A stretch of DNA of 64,000 bases from Carpediemonas membranifera BICM (taxonomy: Eukaryota > Protista > Fornicata): positions 124,001-188,000 of the forward strand of contig JAHDYR010000028.1 of NCBI GenBank assembly GCA_019828565.1. Direction: 5' to 3'. Position numbers and translations under genes: made by a program. The notes under the pieces are model-generated. The model searched no databases. It was not told the DNA's origin and saw only the letters and a program-made list of their open reading frames with translations. Shown piece after piece: positions 40,845 through 52,191 of the stretch (positions within the stretch are counted from its first letter, which is position 1; each line of letters opens with the position of its first letter).

Positions 40845-43640
40845 TTAATAATCACTCAACTCCGCCAAGCTGAGCCGGTCCTCCCCGTCTGGCCCAGCTC
40901 CATCGCCCACACCCAACACCTCTTCTCCCCCACTCTCAGCCCCCGACTCGACTCCAGAGTCAGAGTCAGGGTCGGAGTCGTCGGAGTCCCAGCCGACAGC
41001 AATCTCGCCGCCCTCCAGCATCACACCGACTGACGCTATGAGCCCAGCGGCGGTGGCATCAGAGTGGACGGGAACCAGGCTCCGTTCGATCTTGGCCACC
41101 AGGCTGTCGACTGCCTTGGCAGTCATCTTCTTGACCGTGATGTGCTGGAGAAGGTTCTGGAGAGATTGGATCAGAGCTTGGCCGACAGGCTCCTTCATCT
41201 TCTTCTGGAGGGCGACGGTGACCATCTTCTGAACCGCATTCCAAACAAATTCGAACGAATCTGCCGATTCCAAGGCGATCTTCTCGATCAAAAGAAGTGG
41301 AACCGCGGCGAAGGCGCTGACCTTGTGGATGCCCATCATGATATGCCCAAGGGAGGCGCACACGTCGCAGCAATGGTCTGCTTGCAGCGTGTCATGCTCG
41401 GCCTGGTTGATCGTGACGTCGAGGAACTGCCGGAGAACGACGCTCTTGATGACTCCGCGGTCAGTCTCGCTGAAGCTGGTGGATCTCAGCAAGGCGAGCA
41501 CTGCCTGGCGGGCCACAGGTCCCAGTGGGTTATGCTCGCCGCACGAGAGATGGACGAGCAGAAGACTGTTGGCAAGACGCGCGAATAGACCGCTACGGTC
41601 GGTCAGGGGCCTGGAGTCTGGCGGCACGGCCCGGGATAGGATGAGCGTCGTCACTGCTGAGATAAAGTGCTGTCTGTTGCCGTCGACCTTGGGGCCCTCA
41701 TTCGTGCCGGGGAGGGCGAGGGGTGACACAACTGACTGCCAGAAACGGAAGGTGAGCTTATACTGGGGGTCGAAAATATCGTGGTCGGCCTCGTCGATGA
41801 GAGAATGGAAGTCGTCAAGACCAATCTTGACCACAAGGTCTAAAAGTGCCCGATAGGCGACAATCTGCTGTTTCTCTTCCCGTCCATTGACAGCAACCTC
41901 CATAATCGACCGGACGATGTCCTTCTTACGGTAGTCTATGTCGACGACGGCCAGGCCGCAGAGCAGCTTGAAGGCCTCAACCCCACCCCGGCCGTGGGCT
42001 GCGATCATCGCCTGGCATTGCTCCAGAATGGGCCTGGCGCTGTACAGAGTGGCCTCGCTGTTCTCCACCGGGAATGACCGGATGACCTTCCAGGCGACGT
42101 ATGCGGCCTCCAGAGTGGAGTCCGGCGTGTTGAACTCTGTGGCTCTGGCGGCGTAGTGGGCGAGGAGGGCGTTGAGCAGCTGCCATAGCTCGGAGTCCCC
42201 GTCCGGACTCGGGAAGAGTCGGCCGAGGGCCCGCATGACGGCCCTGATGTCTGTCCGGCACCCGTCCCTCACCATGACTCCGGCAACCCGAGCCACGCGA
42301 TGCTGGACCGCTGGGTCCGGTAGCATGCCCCACAGGGTGACTGCTATGTCGATGCTCACTAGCAGCAGCTGCTTGATGGTTGTCGCGGCGGCCTTATGCT
42401 CGTCGGGGTTGTCGAGCCGCATGAGAAGCGCTTCCATGTAACTGAGCATCGTCTCCGCATCGAGGTCGTCATCAGGGTCGAGTGCCCAACCCCGACGGTC
42501 GAGCAGACCCTTACGTTGCGCCAGTGTGATCGAGATCTGGATGAGCACGAGGACTAGGCGATCGTGCAGTTTAGCGCCCTGTGTACACGCCCGAATGCCC
42601 AGAGCTGCGCCAGAAGTCAGGGTAGTCACGGCTCTCTGGTCAGCGGTGGAGAATGCTGCGAGAACAGCCCAGCTCGGGTCAGATTCATTCAATTTCGCGG
42701 GATCTGGAGGAGATACAATCTGGCACCACCGTTCCACGGCGGCGCGGTCAGGGTTTCTGTTCTTAGTGGAGGCGTTGGCATGCTGGTGTGTCAGCTCAAT
42801 GATGGCAGCGATTGCTTCCCTCGCCTTGTCCTGCACCCTCTGTTCCTGGTCGTTGAGGGCCGCGTGGAGGAATGTCGTGAACGCCTCCGGTGTGACCTGG
42901 GGTCTGTCGTGCTGGAGTGAGGCGGGGTAGAGCTTCAGTCTGACCATGACGTCGATGGCCTCGGCCCGCACCTTGGGGTTGGGGTGTCCGATGGCGCCAA
43001 AGACAGTGGACACGAGGGCTTTGGATGCCTTGTCAGAGTCGGCAATGTCCTCTGGGTCGTCCGACTCTGGCGATGGCCAGAAGAGGCAGCTGAGCACTCT
43101 CTTGCTCACGCCGTCCGCCTGGTCGTGCCGGAGGAGACGGCAGAGTGTGTGGACGTCAGCGTTGGAGGCAAAGGAAGCGAATAGGAAGACTGCCTCCTCT
43201 CTGACGACGGGGGAGATGTCCCTGAAGCAGGCGTGGGCAGTGTTGTAGATCTCGTTAGTGGCCTCCTCCACACTTTCGTCCATTTCTTCGAGTTCAACTA
43301 GTTCAGTGACGATACCTGAGAGCATTTTGAAGGCTGCTGTGCGCACAGAGGCGGCGTAGCGATCGGTGTAGCGGAGGAGATAAGCAACGGTGACTGTGAG
43401 GAGGTCTGCACAGGAGATACAGGCGATGCTGACGAGCTTGATGCATCGTTGCATCGCCTTGTTCACAGATTTGCTTGCGAGAATGTGCTTGAGGCACTGG
43501 CAGTACGGCTTCACCATGTTTTCGTCGAAAGCGCTACCAGAAGCTCCCAACGCCGCCAAAAGTAGCTCTCTGGCCTTAATAAGGTTCTGGTTCGTCTCTG
43601 CCTGTCTAAATGCCTCGCAGATTCGAAGTTCATGCTCCAT
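40845..43640 (-). CDS. NCAPG: condensin HEAT subunit CAP-G (Ycg1)-like
   Basis: N-terminal HEAT pattern (VRTAAFKML, RDISPVVREEAV, LLRHDQ), ALLDLVVKIG, acidic tail. Confidence 0.65.
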   Translation of the reverse strand: MEHELRICEAFRQAETNQNLIKARELLLAALGASGSAFDENMVKPYCQCLKHILASKSVNKAMQRCIKLVSIACISCADLLTVTVAYLLRYTDRYAASVRTAAFKMLSGIVTELVELEEMDESVEEATNEIYNTAHACFRDISPVVREEAVFLFASFASNADVHTLCRLLRHDQADGVSKRVLSCLFWPSPESDDPEDIADSDKASKALVSTVFGAIGHPNPKVRAEAIDVMVRLKLYPASLQHDRPQVTPEAFTTFLHAALNDQEQRVQDKAREAIAAIIELTHQHANASTKNRNPDRAAVERWCQIVSPPDPAKLNESDPSWAVLAAFSTADQRAVTTLTSGAALGIRACTQGAKLHDRLVLVLIQISITLAQRKGLLDRRGWALDPDDDLDAETMLSYMEALLMRLDNPDEHKAAATTIKQLLLVSIDIAVTLWGMLPDPAVQHRVARVAGVMVRDGCRTDIRAVMRALGRLFPSPDGDSELWQLLNALLAHYAARATEFNTPDSTLEAAYVAWKVIRSFPVENSEATLYSARPILEQCQAMIAAHGRGGVEAFKLLCGLAVVDIDYRKKDIVRSIMEVAVNGREEKQQIVAYRALLDLVVKIGLDDFHSLIDEADHDIFDPQYKLTFRFWQSVVSPLALPGTNEGPKVDGNRQHFISAVTTLILSRAVPPDSRPLTDRSGLFARLANSLLLVHLSCGEHNPLGPVARQAVLALLRSTSFSETDRGVIKSVVLRQFLDVTINQAEHDTLQADHCCDVCASLGHIMMGIHKVSAFAAVPLLLIEKIALESADSFEFVWNAVQKMVTVALQKKMKEPVGQALIQSLQNLLQHITVKKMTAKAVDSLVAKIERSLVPVHSDATAAGLIASVGVMLEGGEIAVGWDSDDSDPDSDSGVESGAESGGEEVLGVGDGAGPDGEDRLSLAELSDY

Positions 43641-44659
43641 CAGATTTTCGATTTTTGGCCCAATGCGACTTAGTTTCGACTTCACCCGGCAGTCATGGGC
43701 AAACCCTCGGCCTCGTCTGCTATACCTTCTACTCCCAAGTAGTGACGCCCGTGTGTCCGGGCTGTGCGTGGATTGAATCATCCTGAATCGTCATTTTCGA
43801 CGACTCAGCAATTAGGGTTGGCAGTTTAAAGAATATTGATGGGTCAGGCATCCTGTATGAGTTTCTCTTAAAGTGCAATGGTGTGAGTTTCAGCCCTCTC
43901 CGAACTCTATTCGTCATGTTCGATGTCCGTCGAGATCGAAGATCGGGCCGACTCCAAACACATACTTCCAGTGTGCGTCCGCTGGTAATGGCCCGGATCC
44001 AGATGTAAGAGGGCTATACAAGCATTATGGCAGAGCGACAGCGATTCGACGGTTGTAGTCGAGGTGACGGCATCGCTCAGCTTCGGACCCTCTCTCGGGA
44101 CTATTTCGAAAGGCAGGTGAACATGTCACCAACCAAATTGATGGCCGATATAGCATCGGGCTGGGCTCTAAAGCATGCATTCACGCACCATTTTGACTGA
44201 TGGTGTCTGGGTTGACATGGTCTGACCGATTTCGCTGTGCGCCAGAGGGCTAGCCTCCCGGCCTGCTCTCGCGCATGCTTGGTCCCTCTTCTCCCCTGTG
44301 TTGATTTGCTCTGACTGTTCTCTGGCAGTATCGGTGTGGGCAGGTCATTCGGGGCCGAGATGTGACTCGACCCCCAAAATGGCGAGTCGGACGCGAACGG
44401 GCAGCGCGCTCCTGGAATCAGCAGAGTGATACTCACTCCACGTATTCCGGTAGCGCACGGTCCGACTCAGCCAACTTGCTTTTCGGATGGTCTCCCGTGT
44501 GAGCCGAGGAACGCACCACCCCAGCCAGCTTTCATCATTCGATGCGTTGCACCCTCACACATATCATCAACCGCTGTCTGCCACAATTGTTGCATCGGCA
44601 TGCCCCTGCCTTCATTCCTTCGCGCCATGACTGTCCCACCCATGCTTTGATATTTACTC

Positions 44660-45994
44660 CTATTCACCGTCACCATACTGCCAGTTGGCGAGTGCCTCGG
44701 CGTCCTCCTTCGACACGGACGGCTTGACCCGATCCAGGGCCCGGAAGAAGTTCTCCGCCGACACGGGCGGCACGTTCACCTCAGAGCCCTCGAACGACAT
44801 GATGTCCCTTTCCACTGCACCCTCGTCTGAAGGCGCGCAGGCCAGCCACTTGGTGCCCTCCGCCGTCTGTGTTGGCTTAAAGTGCGTTGTTGTCTGGAGC
44901 TGCCGGATGGGCTGGAACAGGGCGTCCCGCACCACGATGGAGATGTCGGAGCCTGAGTAGCCCTCGGAGTGGAGGGCGAGTTGGGTGAAGTCGTCGTCTG
45001 TGAGCGTGTTGGGCGTGTCCCCGAGATGGACCTTGAACATCTGTCTGCGGGCGGGCTCATCGGGCAATGGGATGAAGATGCGCTTCTCAAAGCGACGGCG
45101 GATGGCCGAGTCGAGTGAGTCGGGCAGGTTGGTGGCGGCCAGCACGAGCACTTGCCCCCCGTTCTTACCGACGCCCTGCATCTGGACGAGGAACTCCGTC
45201 TTGACCCGCTTGGACGACTCAGAGTCGTTGTCCGACCGGGCAGACGCGAGGGAGTCGAACTCGTCGATGAAAATGATGGCGCGCTCCTCCTGGCGGGCCA
45301 TCTCAAACAGGGTGCGGACGAGCTTTTCCGACTGCCCCTGCCACTTCGACATGAGGTCAGACGCGGAGACGGAGAAGAATGTGCTGTCGCATGTGTTTGC
45401 TACGGCAGCGGCGATGTAGCTCTTCTGTGTTAGCGGCTGGACTGGGACAAACACCGGTACCGGGCGGCCCGTAGAGGAGGATGCCCTTCCACGGGGTCCG
45501 CTTGCCCTGGAACAGGTGGGCGAACTGCTGAGGGAAGATGACAGCCTCCTTGAGAGCCGCCTTCGCCTTCTCAAGGCCAGCGACGTCGTCCCACTTCACG
45601 TCGGGCTTCGTCTTCACGATGGCGCCCTCAATAGCGCTGTCGAGCTCCGCCTTCTCCTTGTCCTCCTTGGAGCTCTTCTTGTTACCAGTGCCAGACGGCT
45701 GGGCCTCGGCTTGGACGGGAGCGGGGGCCGCCTGACCCTTGAGCAGCTTCGAAAGGGTCTCAGCGCGGTCCATGTAGCCGTTGGCGAAGGACCGCATCTG
45801 CTGTGTGCGGATAGTGTTCTTGTCGTACTTGAACCCCATCATGAAGTACTGGATTGCTGTCTTGTATTGGTCGAAAGCCTCCTGAAACTTCTGCTGGTCA
45901 TCGAACTCACGAGCTCGCTTACCATATTCACTTGCTTTGGTGTAGAAACTGAATAAGATGGTAAAATGGGCACAAACGAGCCTGCATCCGCCAT
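44660..45994 (-). CDS. VPS4: VPS4 AAA ATPase with MIT domain (two short introns)
   Basis: MIT domain, PDVKWDDVAGLE, PWKGILLYGPPGTG|KSY, IFIDE, RRRFEKRI. Confidence 0.95.
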
Positions 45995-46278
45995 TTCGTT
46001 TTTCCACGTTTTGTTATGGAGATGCAACCCTGACCCATAATCCAAACCACATAAAGACTGCTACAATGGCGCTGGTAGCCGGCCAATGGCATGGGCTCGG
46101 TGTACTCTACCCACGAGGCATTTTTATCACATCACTATTTTTGGCGACATGATCTACAGCGTGGGAATTACCATATTTTTTGCGACCAACCGCGGCATTG
46201 CTGCGATTTTGCGATACTCAAGGTCAATTGGATGTAGGTAGCCTCGCTTCGCGTCAATTCCGGAGAAATTTACGTTGC

Positions 46279-47055
46279 TCATTCATCGTAGTCCTTGTCG
46301 AGTATGAACATCTCCAGCCGCTCCATCACGACCTTATGCTCAGTTATCCGCTCGGCCAGCTTGCTCCGAGCAGCTCTCACCTCCATGATGGGGACGTCGC
46401 TCAGTGGGTAGCCCTCGGAGTCCGTCAGCTTATGCGGGTACACGTCACTGAGCTGGGTCAGCTGGCTGATCTCCTTGACGAGCGAGTCGCGCTTGGCCAT
46501 GAGTGCTTTCATCTTCTCGACCCGAGGGGCACCCTGCCGCAACGCAGTGGAGCTCACCTTGTCACCGTTGTCTGAATGAACCACAGGAATGACCACAGCA
46601 TCGAGGGGGGCGAGGCCCCGCTCGAGCCTGACCTTGTTGCAGTGCTCGAGGCCGCCGAGTGTCTCTTCGGATATGATGAGAGCTTCGAGGGATGCTATGG
46701 TGCCTGCAGGACCTACTGGATCGTTGAGCTCGAAGATATCGAGCTTCGGGAGCCTCTTTCCGACATTGATGCCAAGGGTTTCGAGGAAGAGCCTGATGGC
46801 TTGGCACCGATCTTCATAGGACTGGATTAAATGCCCATTCGCCTTGTTCTTTTGCAGTTCTGGAGTGGTAACACCTATCATAATGGTCCCGTCGGTGTCC
46901 GTAACGAGCAGAGAGGCCGACAGCAAGGCGTAGTGGCCAATGTGGAGCCGGTCGAATGTTCCTGCCACAGCTACGAGGTCGTATTCGATAGTTCCTGCTG
47001 GTCTCTTCTCATACTGCCCGTCTCTGGGAGGCTGAGGGATTCGATACTCGGTCAT
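46279..47055 (-). CDS. phosphopantetheine adenylyltransferase-like domain fused to a Nas2/PSMD9 N-domain-like tail
   Basis: AGTFDRLHIGH, DPVGPA, SEET, KVSSTALR; tail LTDSEGYPLSDV...VRAAR. Confidence 0.8.
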   Translation of the reverse strand: MTEYRIPQPPRDGQYEKRPAGTIEYDLVAVAGTFDRLHIGHYALLSASLLVTDTDGTIMIGVTTPELQKNKANGHLIQSYEDRCQAIRLFLETLGINVGKRLPKLDIFELNDPVGPAGTIASLEALIISEETLGGLEHCNKVRLERGLAPLDAVVIPVVHSDNGDKVSSTALRQGAPRVEKMKALMAKRDSLVKEISQLTQLSDVYPHKLTDSEGYPLSDVPIMEVRAARSKLAERITEHKVVMERLEMFILDKDYDE

Positions 47056-47673
47056 TGGAAAGTAACGTTTTCACGGCACTCGTTCAATAGCAGTCACGCA
47101 CACGCGAGTCATTGCTTCCACTCATCGCTGCACTCCTTCTTCTTGGCCGGCCTGTACCCGATCCCCGCCCCGTTCGTCACCCGGACCCTCGCCCCCTTCG
47201 CCTTGGGCCGGTCGGGGATCCTCCACCCGTCCACAATGGTCCGGGCCACCACGTCAATGTCATCGAAGGTGATCTTCCGTTCTGTAGGTCTTGCGGGGCC
47301 GTCATCGAAGAGCCCTCGGGCTTCTCGCCAGACCGAGATTCAGCAGCGTCAAGATCCTTCTGGACGTCCATGAATTGCTCAAGCAGACTTTTTGACGACC
47401 TCTTAGCCACTGTAGGCTGCTGAAGCCATGAAGGCACGTGAGAGTCGCGCACGGGCTCATCGTGCTGGTGCTCTGCAGCGGGAGCAGCTGGAGACGGTTC
47501 TCTGTAAAATTCGACAGTTCGAACGGCATCTCTGTTCTGTATCCCGATCTTCTTCTTCTTCGCTGCGTTCTTCTTGAGTTTAATGGCCATCGCCACGAAT
47601 TGCCACGCAGGATAAGACGATCGACCAGGGCATCAGCATCTCCTACAGGGAAGCCTTTACCACCGTATCCAAT

Positions 47674-48282
47674 CTAACACCCGCACCCGCCTGTGGACGC
47701 CTCGGGGGCACTGTCGTCCTCGATCTTCAGCGTCCTCGTGCTCCTGACGTTCTCCGTGCTGTTCCGCCCCCCATGCTGCTGCTGCAGGTTCTTGGCGATG
47801 TGCAGGAACATCGGGTTCAGTGTATCAACGTCCTTGGCCGACGTCTCGAAGAACTGAGCGCCCACCTTCTCAGCATACTCACGACCTTCTTCAGAAGAGA
47901 TAACGTGTTGTGACTTCGGCAAATCGGTCTTGTTAGCCGCAATGGCGAGGATGGGCTTGCCATCGACGTTCTTCACGAGCTCCTGGACCCAGTTCTGGAC
48001 CCGGTCAAAGGAGTCCCGGTCGGTCACGTCGTAGACAAGAACGGCGGCGTTCGCGTCCCTGTAGTAGACTAGCGCAAGGGAATGGAACTTCTCTTGGCCA
48101 GCAGTATCCCACAGGTTCAGTGTGATGGTCTGATCCGCAATATTAAGCACCTTTGAGCGGAAAGAGGCCTGAATCGTCATAATATGGTCACTTTCAAACT
48201 TCCGCTTGGTGTATTGTAGAAGAATGGACGTTTTCCCTACTGCTCCCTCACCTAAGAGCACAAGCTTGTACTCGGAAACCAT
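47674..48282 (-). CDS. RAB21: Rab21-like small GTPase
   Basis: GEGAVGKTS, TIQASF, WDTAGQEKFHSL..VYYR, NKTD, ETSAK, C-terminal CGC. Confidence 0.88.
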   Translation of the reverse strand: MVSEYKLVLLGEGAVGKTSILLQYTKRKFESDHIMTIQASFRSKVLNIADQTITLNLWDTAGQEKFHSLALVYYRDANAAVLVYDVTDRDSFDRVQNWVQELVKNVDGKPILAIAANKTDLPKSQHVISSEEGREYAEKVGAQFFETSAKDVDTLNPMFLHIAKNLQQQHGGRNSTENVRSTRTLKIEDDSAPEASTGGCGC

Positions 48283-48612
48283 ATTTCTCGCTCGCCTCCT
48301 TTTCCAAGCATTTACGAATTTACTCTATTGTATGTAACATGTTGGAGTGCCACGATTCAGCTAACGGCATGCACCGGAGCGCTTGCCGTTTGGCCCTGCC
48401 TCGTGGCGGCAGGTCGGGGGAGGGGAGGGGTGAGTGCGGCGTTTTCGAGGCTGAGGATTCGCGCCACTCGCTGGAGCTCGTTTGTCTTCTTCAGCCACCA
48501 TTCCATGAGGCCCTTGGCGAGGATGGCCCGGTGTAGCGGTGAAGCTTGGTTTAATCTGACAAAAGGCTCATCTGACCAGTGTTGACCACCACACTACCCC
48601 CCTGTAGCGCAG

Positions 48613-49396
48613 CTACCACACTCTAAACTCATCGAAGATATCTTTCACGCCCATTCGCTCTTGGTACGTGTCGAGAGCCTCCAACTCATCTATTTCGCTG
48701 TCGAACGGTTGCCACGTGTCCTCAGCTGCCTCGTAGCCTCTCCAGTGAAGGCGGACCTTCAAGACCGGGTGGCGTCTGACTATCTCGACGCGGTGATCAA
48801 CGATCGAGTCGACCTCGTAGTATTCGCCTTCGCAGGCGGCCATGGCCTCGACCTCGTGTCTGGGCGCCTGGGTTAAGAACTTCCTCAAACGCTCGGCGTG
48901 GACGACCATCTCCTTCTTCATATTGAGGTCGCGGATTGTGAGCGTGTTGGGGTGCTCGGCTGGGTCGACCAGCAGCATCGGGCCGCGCAGTTTCTGTTGT
49001 AGCTTGTCGACACGACCGATGCGCTCGAGCAGCACGTAGCTATCGGGTTCGAGCTGAGCGGTTACCTCTTCCCCCTCTCCGAGCGCTGCTTCCTGCATAG
49101 CCCTGCTGACCTCCACCGACCGTCTGAAAGCTGTCAAGCCCTGTGGGGTCATCAGTGACTGAGGAGGGTCTGCCGAGGGGAATAGAACATCGAATGGCGT
49201 TAGGCCCGAACGGGCGTACGCGCTGGTGTTGATGATGTGCTGCACGTCGCGGACCGTCTCCGTCCACTTCGTGTTGGGGCCCAAATCAGCCATCAGTGAC
49301 CGAATGTGACGCATGACTTCCGCGTTCGCCCGCTCCACTATACCATTGCCCGCTGGGTGGTAGGGCGTGGAGAAACGGTGGCCAATGCCGAGCTTC
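48613..49396 (-). mobile_element. chromovirus integrase C-half + chromodomain, followed by PPT and an LTR starting at 48593
   Basis: STPYHPAGNG..ERAN; LRGP; YYEVDSIVDHR...HWRGYEAAEDTWQP; AGGGGGGTAG|TGTGG. Confidence 0.9.
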
Positions 49397-49603
49397 TGTG
49401 CCGGGGCGAAGAGATTGGAACATTTACATAAACTGCGGACGTGGATGCCTTATGACATCCTACCCCCCTTAAGCTTGAGCTTGTGGGACTTGAGGTAGTC
49501 ACGTGCCGCAGTGACGTGGCGGAGCCCGTCAGCGGGTTCCCATGTGGGATCGTAGTCGCCCTCCCAGCGGACGAGAAGCTGCAGTGTGCCGTTGCGGTGC
49601 TTC
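49397..49603 (-). mobile_element. chromodomain tail + PPT + 61-bp LTR (49397-49457) of another family
   Basis: LLVRWEGDYDPTWEP...KL*, AAGGGGGGTAGGA|TGTCAT...GGCACA. Confidence 0.7.
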
Positions 49604-50343
49604 TGTAATCAATTGATGACTGATTTACCCCGGATCAATTAAATCACTCTCTGTGTTTCCTGCTGCAACAATATATATTGCCATGGTAGTACCGGAAACA
49701 GTACTGAACTGCGCACCCTACCTTAATAAGGTCTCTGAGGCGGAGTGGCGCCATATGGTTAAGTCCTGGCGTGCTTATGCCGCTAGGTGCCGTGATCCGA
49801 TTGCTATTTTCGACCTGGTGTCAAACGAAGTGCTCGAAACGTTTAAGTGCCGTTCTCCCATGCTGGGCTCTTTTCTCCAGGTGGTGGATGAACCGATGGA
49901 TGAGCATGACCCCGATCGTGAGACGGAGTGGAACGAGGAGTTTATAACAAGATGTTCCAACCTCTCGACGAGCTAGAGGCCATCGAATGGCTGAAGAAGC
50001 TGAATTGCCCCGAGTCGGGCAATCTCGTCGAGAACATGGCCGATTACGTGCTGACATTCAAGGAGACGTGTTCCTACTTCGGCGAGCTGCAGCCTCAAGC
50101 CAAGCAACTCGTGGAGGCGTTCGTCGCGGGAGTCCGCTATCAAGTCCTGAGAGCGAATCGGCGCCAAGAAGAAGAGCAAGGATCTGGAGGAGACCATGAA
50201 GGTGGCTTTTGAGCAAGCCCTGGAGGCTGAGAAGGGTAGACGTGAGGCGCAGCGTCAGTCAGTTGAGTCGAAGGGCGAGAAGACCAAGAAGAAGCATGAA
50301 AACAAGGCGTCTACCAAGTGCCCCTACTGCAACAAGGTGGGCC
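49604..50343 (+). mobile_element. 67-bp 5' LTR (49604-49670) + frameshifted gag
   Basis: TGT..ACA unit, ATG at 49683, gag-like helices, start of a zinc knuckle (CPYC) cut by the next LTR. Confidence 0.65.
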
Positions 50344-51568
50344 TGTCGCAACACCGTATTAATATTTATATATTTTATGGGTGTCGAAATAAATTAGCGC
50401 ATCGTTACAACAGTGAATTCACTAGTGGCTACATGTTCGGTAATATTTCTCTGCCGACTCTGAGCGTTGAGACATTGACTAGCGAAACCTGGCGCTCATT
50501 TAAGAGGGATGCCGCCCGAATCAAGGCGTTGTATCCCGCCGCCAAGCTGGCTGTCCTCCTCCCCAATGACCTGCAGGACATCATCGAGGACACTCTCAAC
50601 GTAGACCTGGCGAAGGCAAATGACGACAAGATTGACGAATACGTCAGCAAGTTCCTTGCTCCGGTGGACAAATTGTCCCTTGTCAAAGAGCTCGAGGCCG
50701 TCACCTGCCAGGTATCTGAAAAAGAATCACCTCCATTCGCGCGTACGTCAGCGCGTTCTCAGCAGTTTTCTCTAAGGCCGAAGACATCGAAGAGTCCGAC
50801 TCGGACGAGGACGAAGAGGAACAAGAAGAGGACGAAGAAGACATTTCCCCCTTTGAGAAGAACGCGCGTAAGATCTTCCTTCAGGGGATCCGCCCATCCA
50901 CTTTCCGCAAGGTCCTGGACTTTGAACTCAAGGAGCATCCTAAGAGGAAGTCACTTGCCGATGCATACGAGCTGAGCATTGTCCTCGCTCAAGAAGATGA
51001 CGACGCTCGGGCTAAGGCCATTCGCTTTGGTCACTACCAGGCCGGAAAGTCCTCCACCCGAAAGAAAGGAACGGCCGCAGGAGGCCAACCGCCTCGCCTC
51101 CCGGTCCCGGGCGCAGTTGCCTCAGGGGCCCCGGAGAAGTCTTCCACTCTCAAGCCGAACGACGTCAACCCAGCTTTGAAGCCTCCCCATCGTGCCTGTG
51201 GCAAGTGCGGCGGATGGCATTGGGATAATCAGTGCCCCAATGGGGCCCCAATGCGCTCTCGCCAAGAAGGAGGCGGCCTCCGGTCCAACCCGAAGAAGAA
51301 GGAGCCAATCGAGGCTAATCTCCTGGACACGGACCCCGATGAGCCACTCAAAGTGTCTGGTCGTATAAACGACCAAGAGTATTCCTTTATTATTGACACT
51401 GGAGCACCAAAATCTATCATCTCCGCTGCGTCAGCAGAGGCCCTTGGCCTACAGACAGTGACCGGCCCGACCCTCCGCTTCAGAATGGCGAACGGTTCCA
51501 TTTCGACAACTAACCACTATACTGAGGCTTGGTTACACCTCACGCTGGCGGGAGCCCCAACGCGGTGA
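50344..51568 (+). mobile_element. 69-bp 5' LTR (50344-50412) + frameshifted gag, zinc knuckle and aspartic protease, truncated
   Basis: TGTCGCAAC...GTTACAACA; CGKCGGWHWDNQC; FIIDTGAPKSII. Confidence 0.8.
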
Positions 51569-51609
51569 TGGATGTGCTGGGAGGCAGATATGGCATACTG
51601 TCCAGGGTT

Positions 51610-51691
51610 CAGGAATTTCCCTTATTGGGTAGGGGAATTTCCTCGGGCTTTCCCCCGAGGAAATTCCCTGATTGGATAAGGGAAATTCCTG
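51610..51691. repeat. 82-bp inverted repeat (16 + 15 bp perfect stems)
   Basis: CAGGAATTTCCCTTAT/ATAAGGGAAATTCCTG and GGGAATTTCCTCGGG/CCCGAGGAAATTCCC. Confidence 0.95.
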
Positions 51692-52191
51692 GTGGCTCAC
51701 TCAATATTAAACTGTTTTAATTAATTATGTCATGTGCGTATACTTCATCGACTCAAGTAACCTTCCCCATTTCAGACATTTTTTTCACAACAAGGCTGAG
51801 TAGAATCTTCTAAGTGGTATACATGCACTCCCCTACCAGTAAGAAGCATGCATACCAACTTTCAAATTCTAAATCCTGCTAGAAAAAAGTAACATAGGGA
51901 CAAATATTCCTTGGGAGTTCAGACTCAAAAATCGGGCAGGGGGGAGGAAATGGTCCATAAGTACGCCTTATGGGTCGCTTCCTCCTCTCTGCCCTTTTTT
52001 TATTGACTTCTGATTTGCCAGATTTGACACATGTTCGAGGTGAGTCTTAGATTACTCAAAATGGCCTCCTGATTCAGCAGATAGACTCAAAATTTCACAA
52101 TTCGTACTCAAAACCAATTTCAACAGACGTCTGTTGCAAAATCTGCCAAAAACGCACTTTAAAGTCATTTTTGCAACAGACGTCTGTGGAA

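Noticed and set aside
7187-47400. Numerous long overlapping antisense or alternative-frame ORFs (for example 7187-8113, 26303-27526, 38473-39108)
   Set aside because: They are shadows of GC3-rich real genes and carry no motifs.
49392-49603. GCTTC before both LTR ends as a target-site duplication
   Set aside because: The geometry is wrong for a TSD, and the second copy lies inside chromodomain coding sequence.
51610-51691. GGGAATTTCC as NF-kB sites
   Set aside because: There is no reason to expect Rel/NF-kB in this kind of organism. The motifs are explained by the palindrome.
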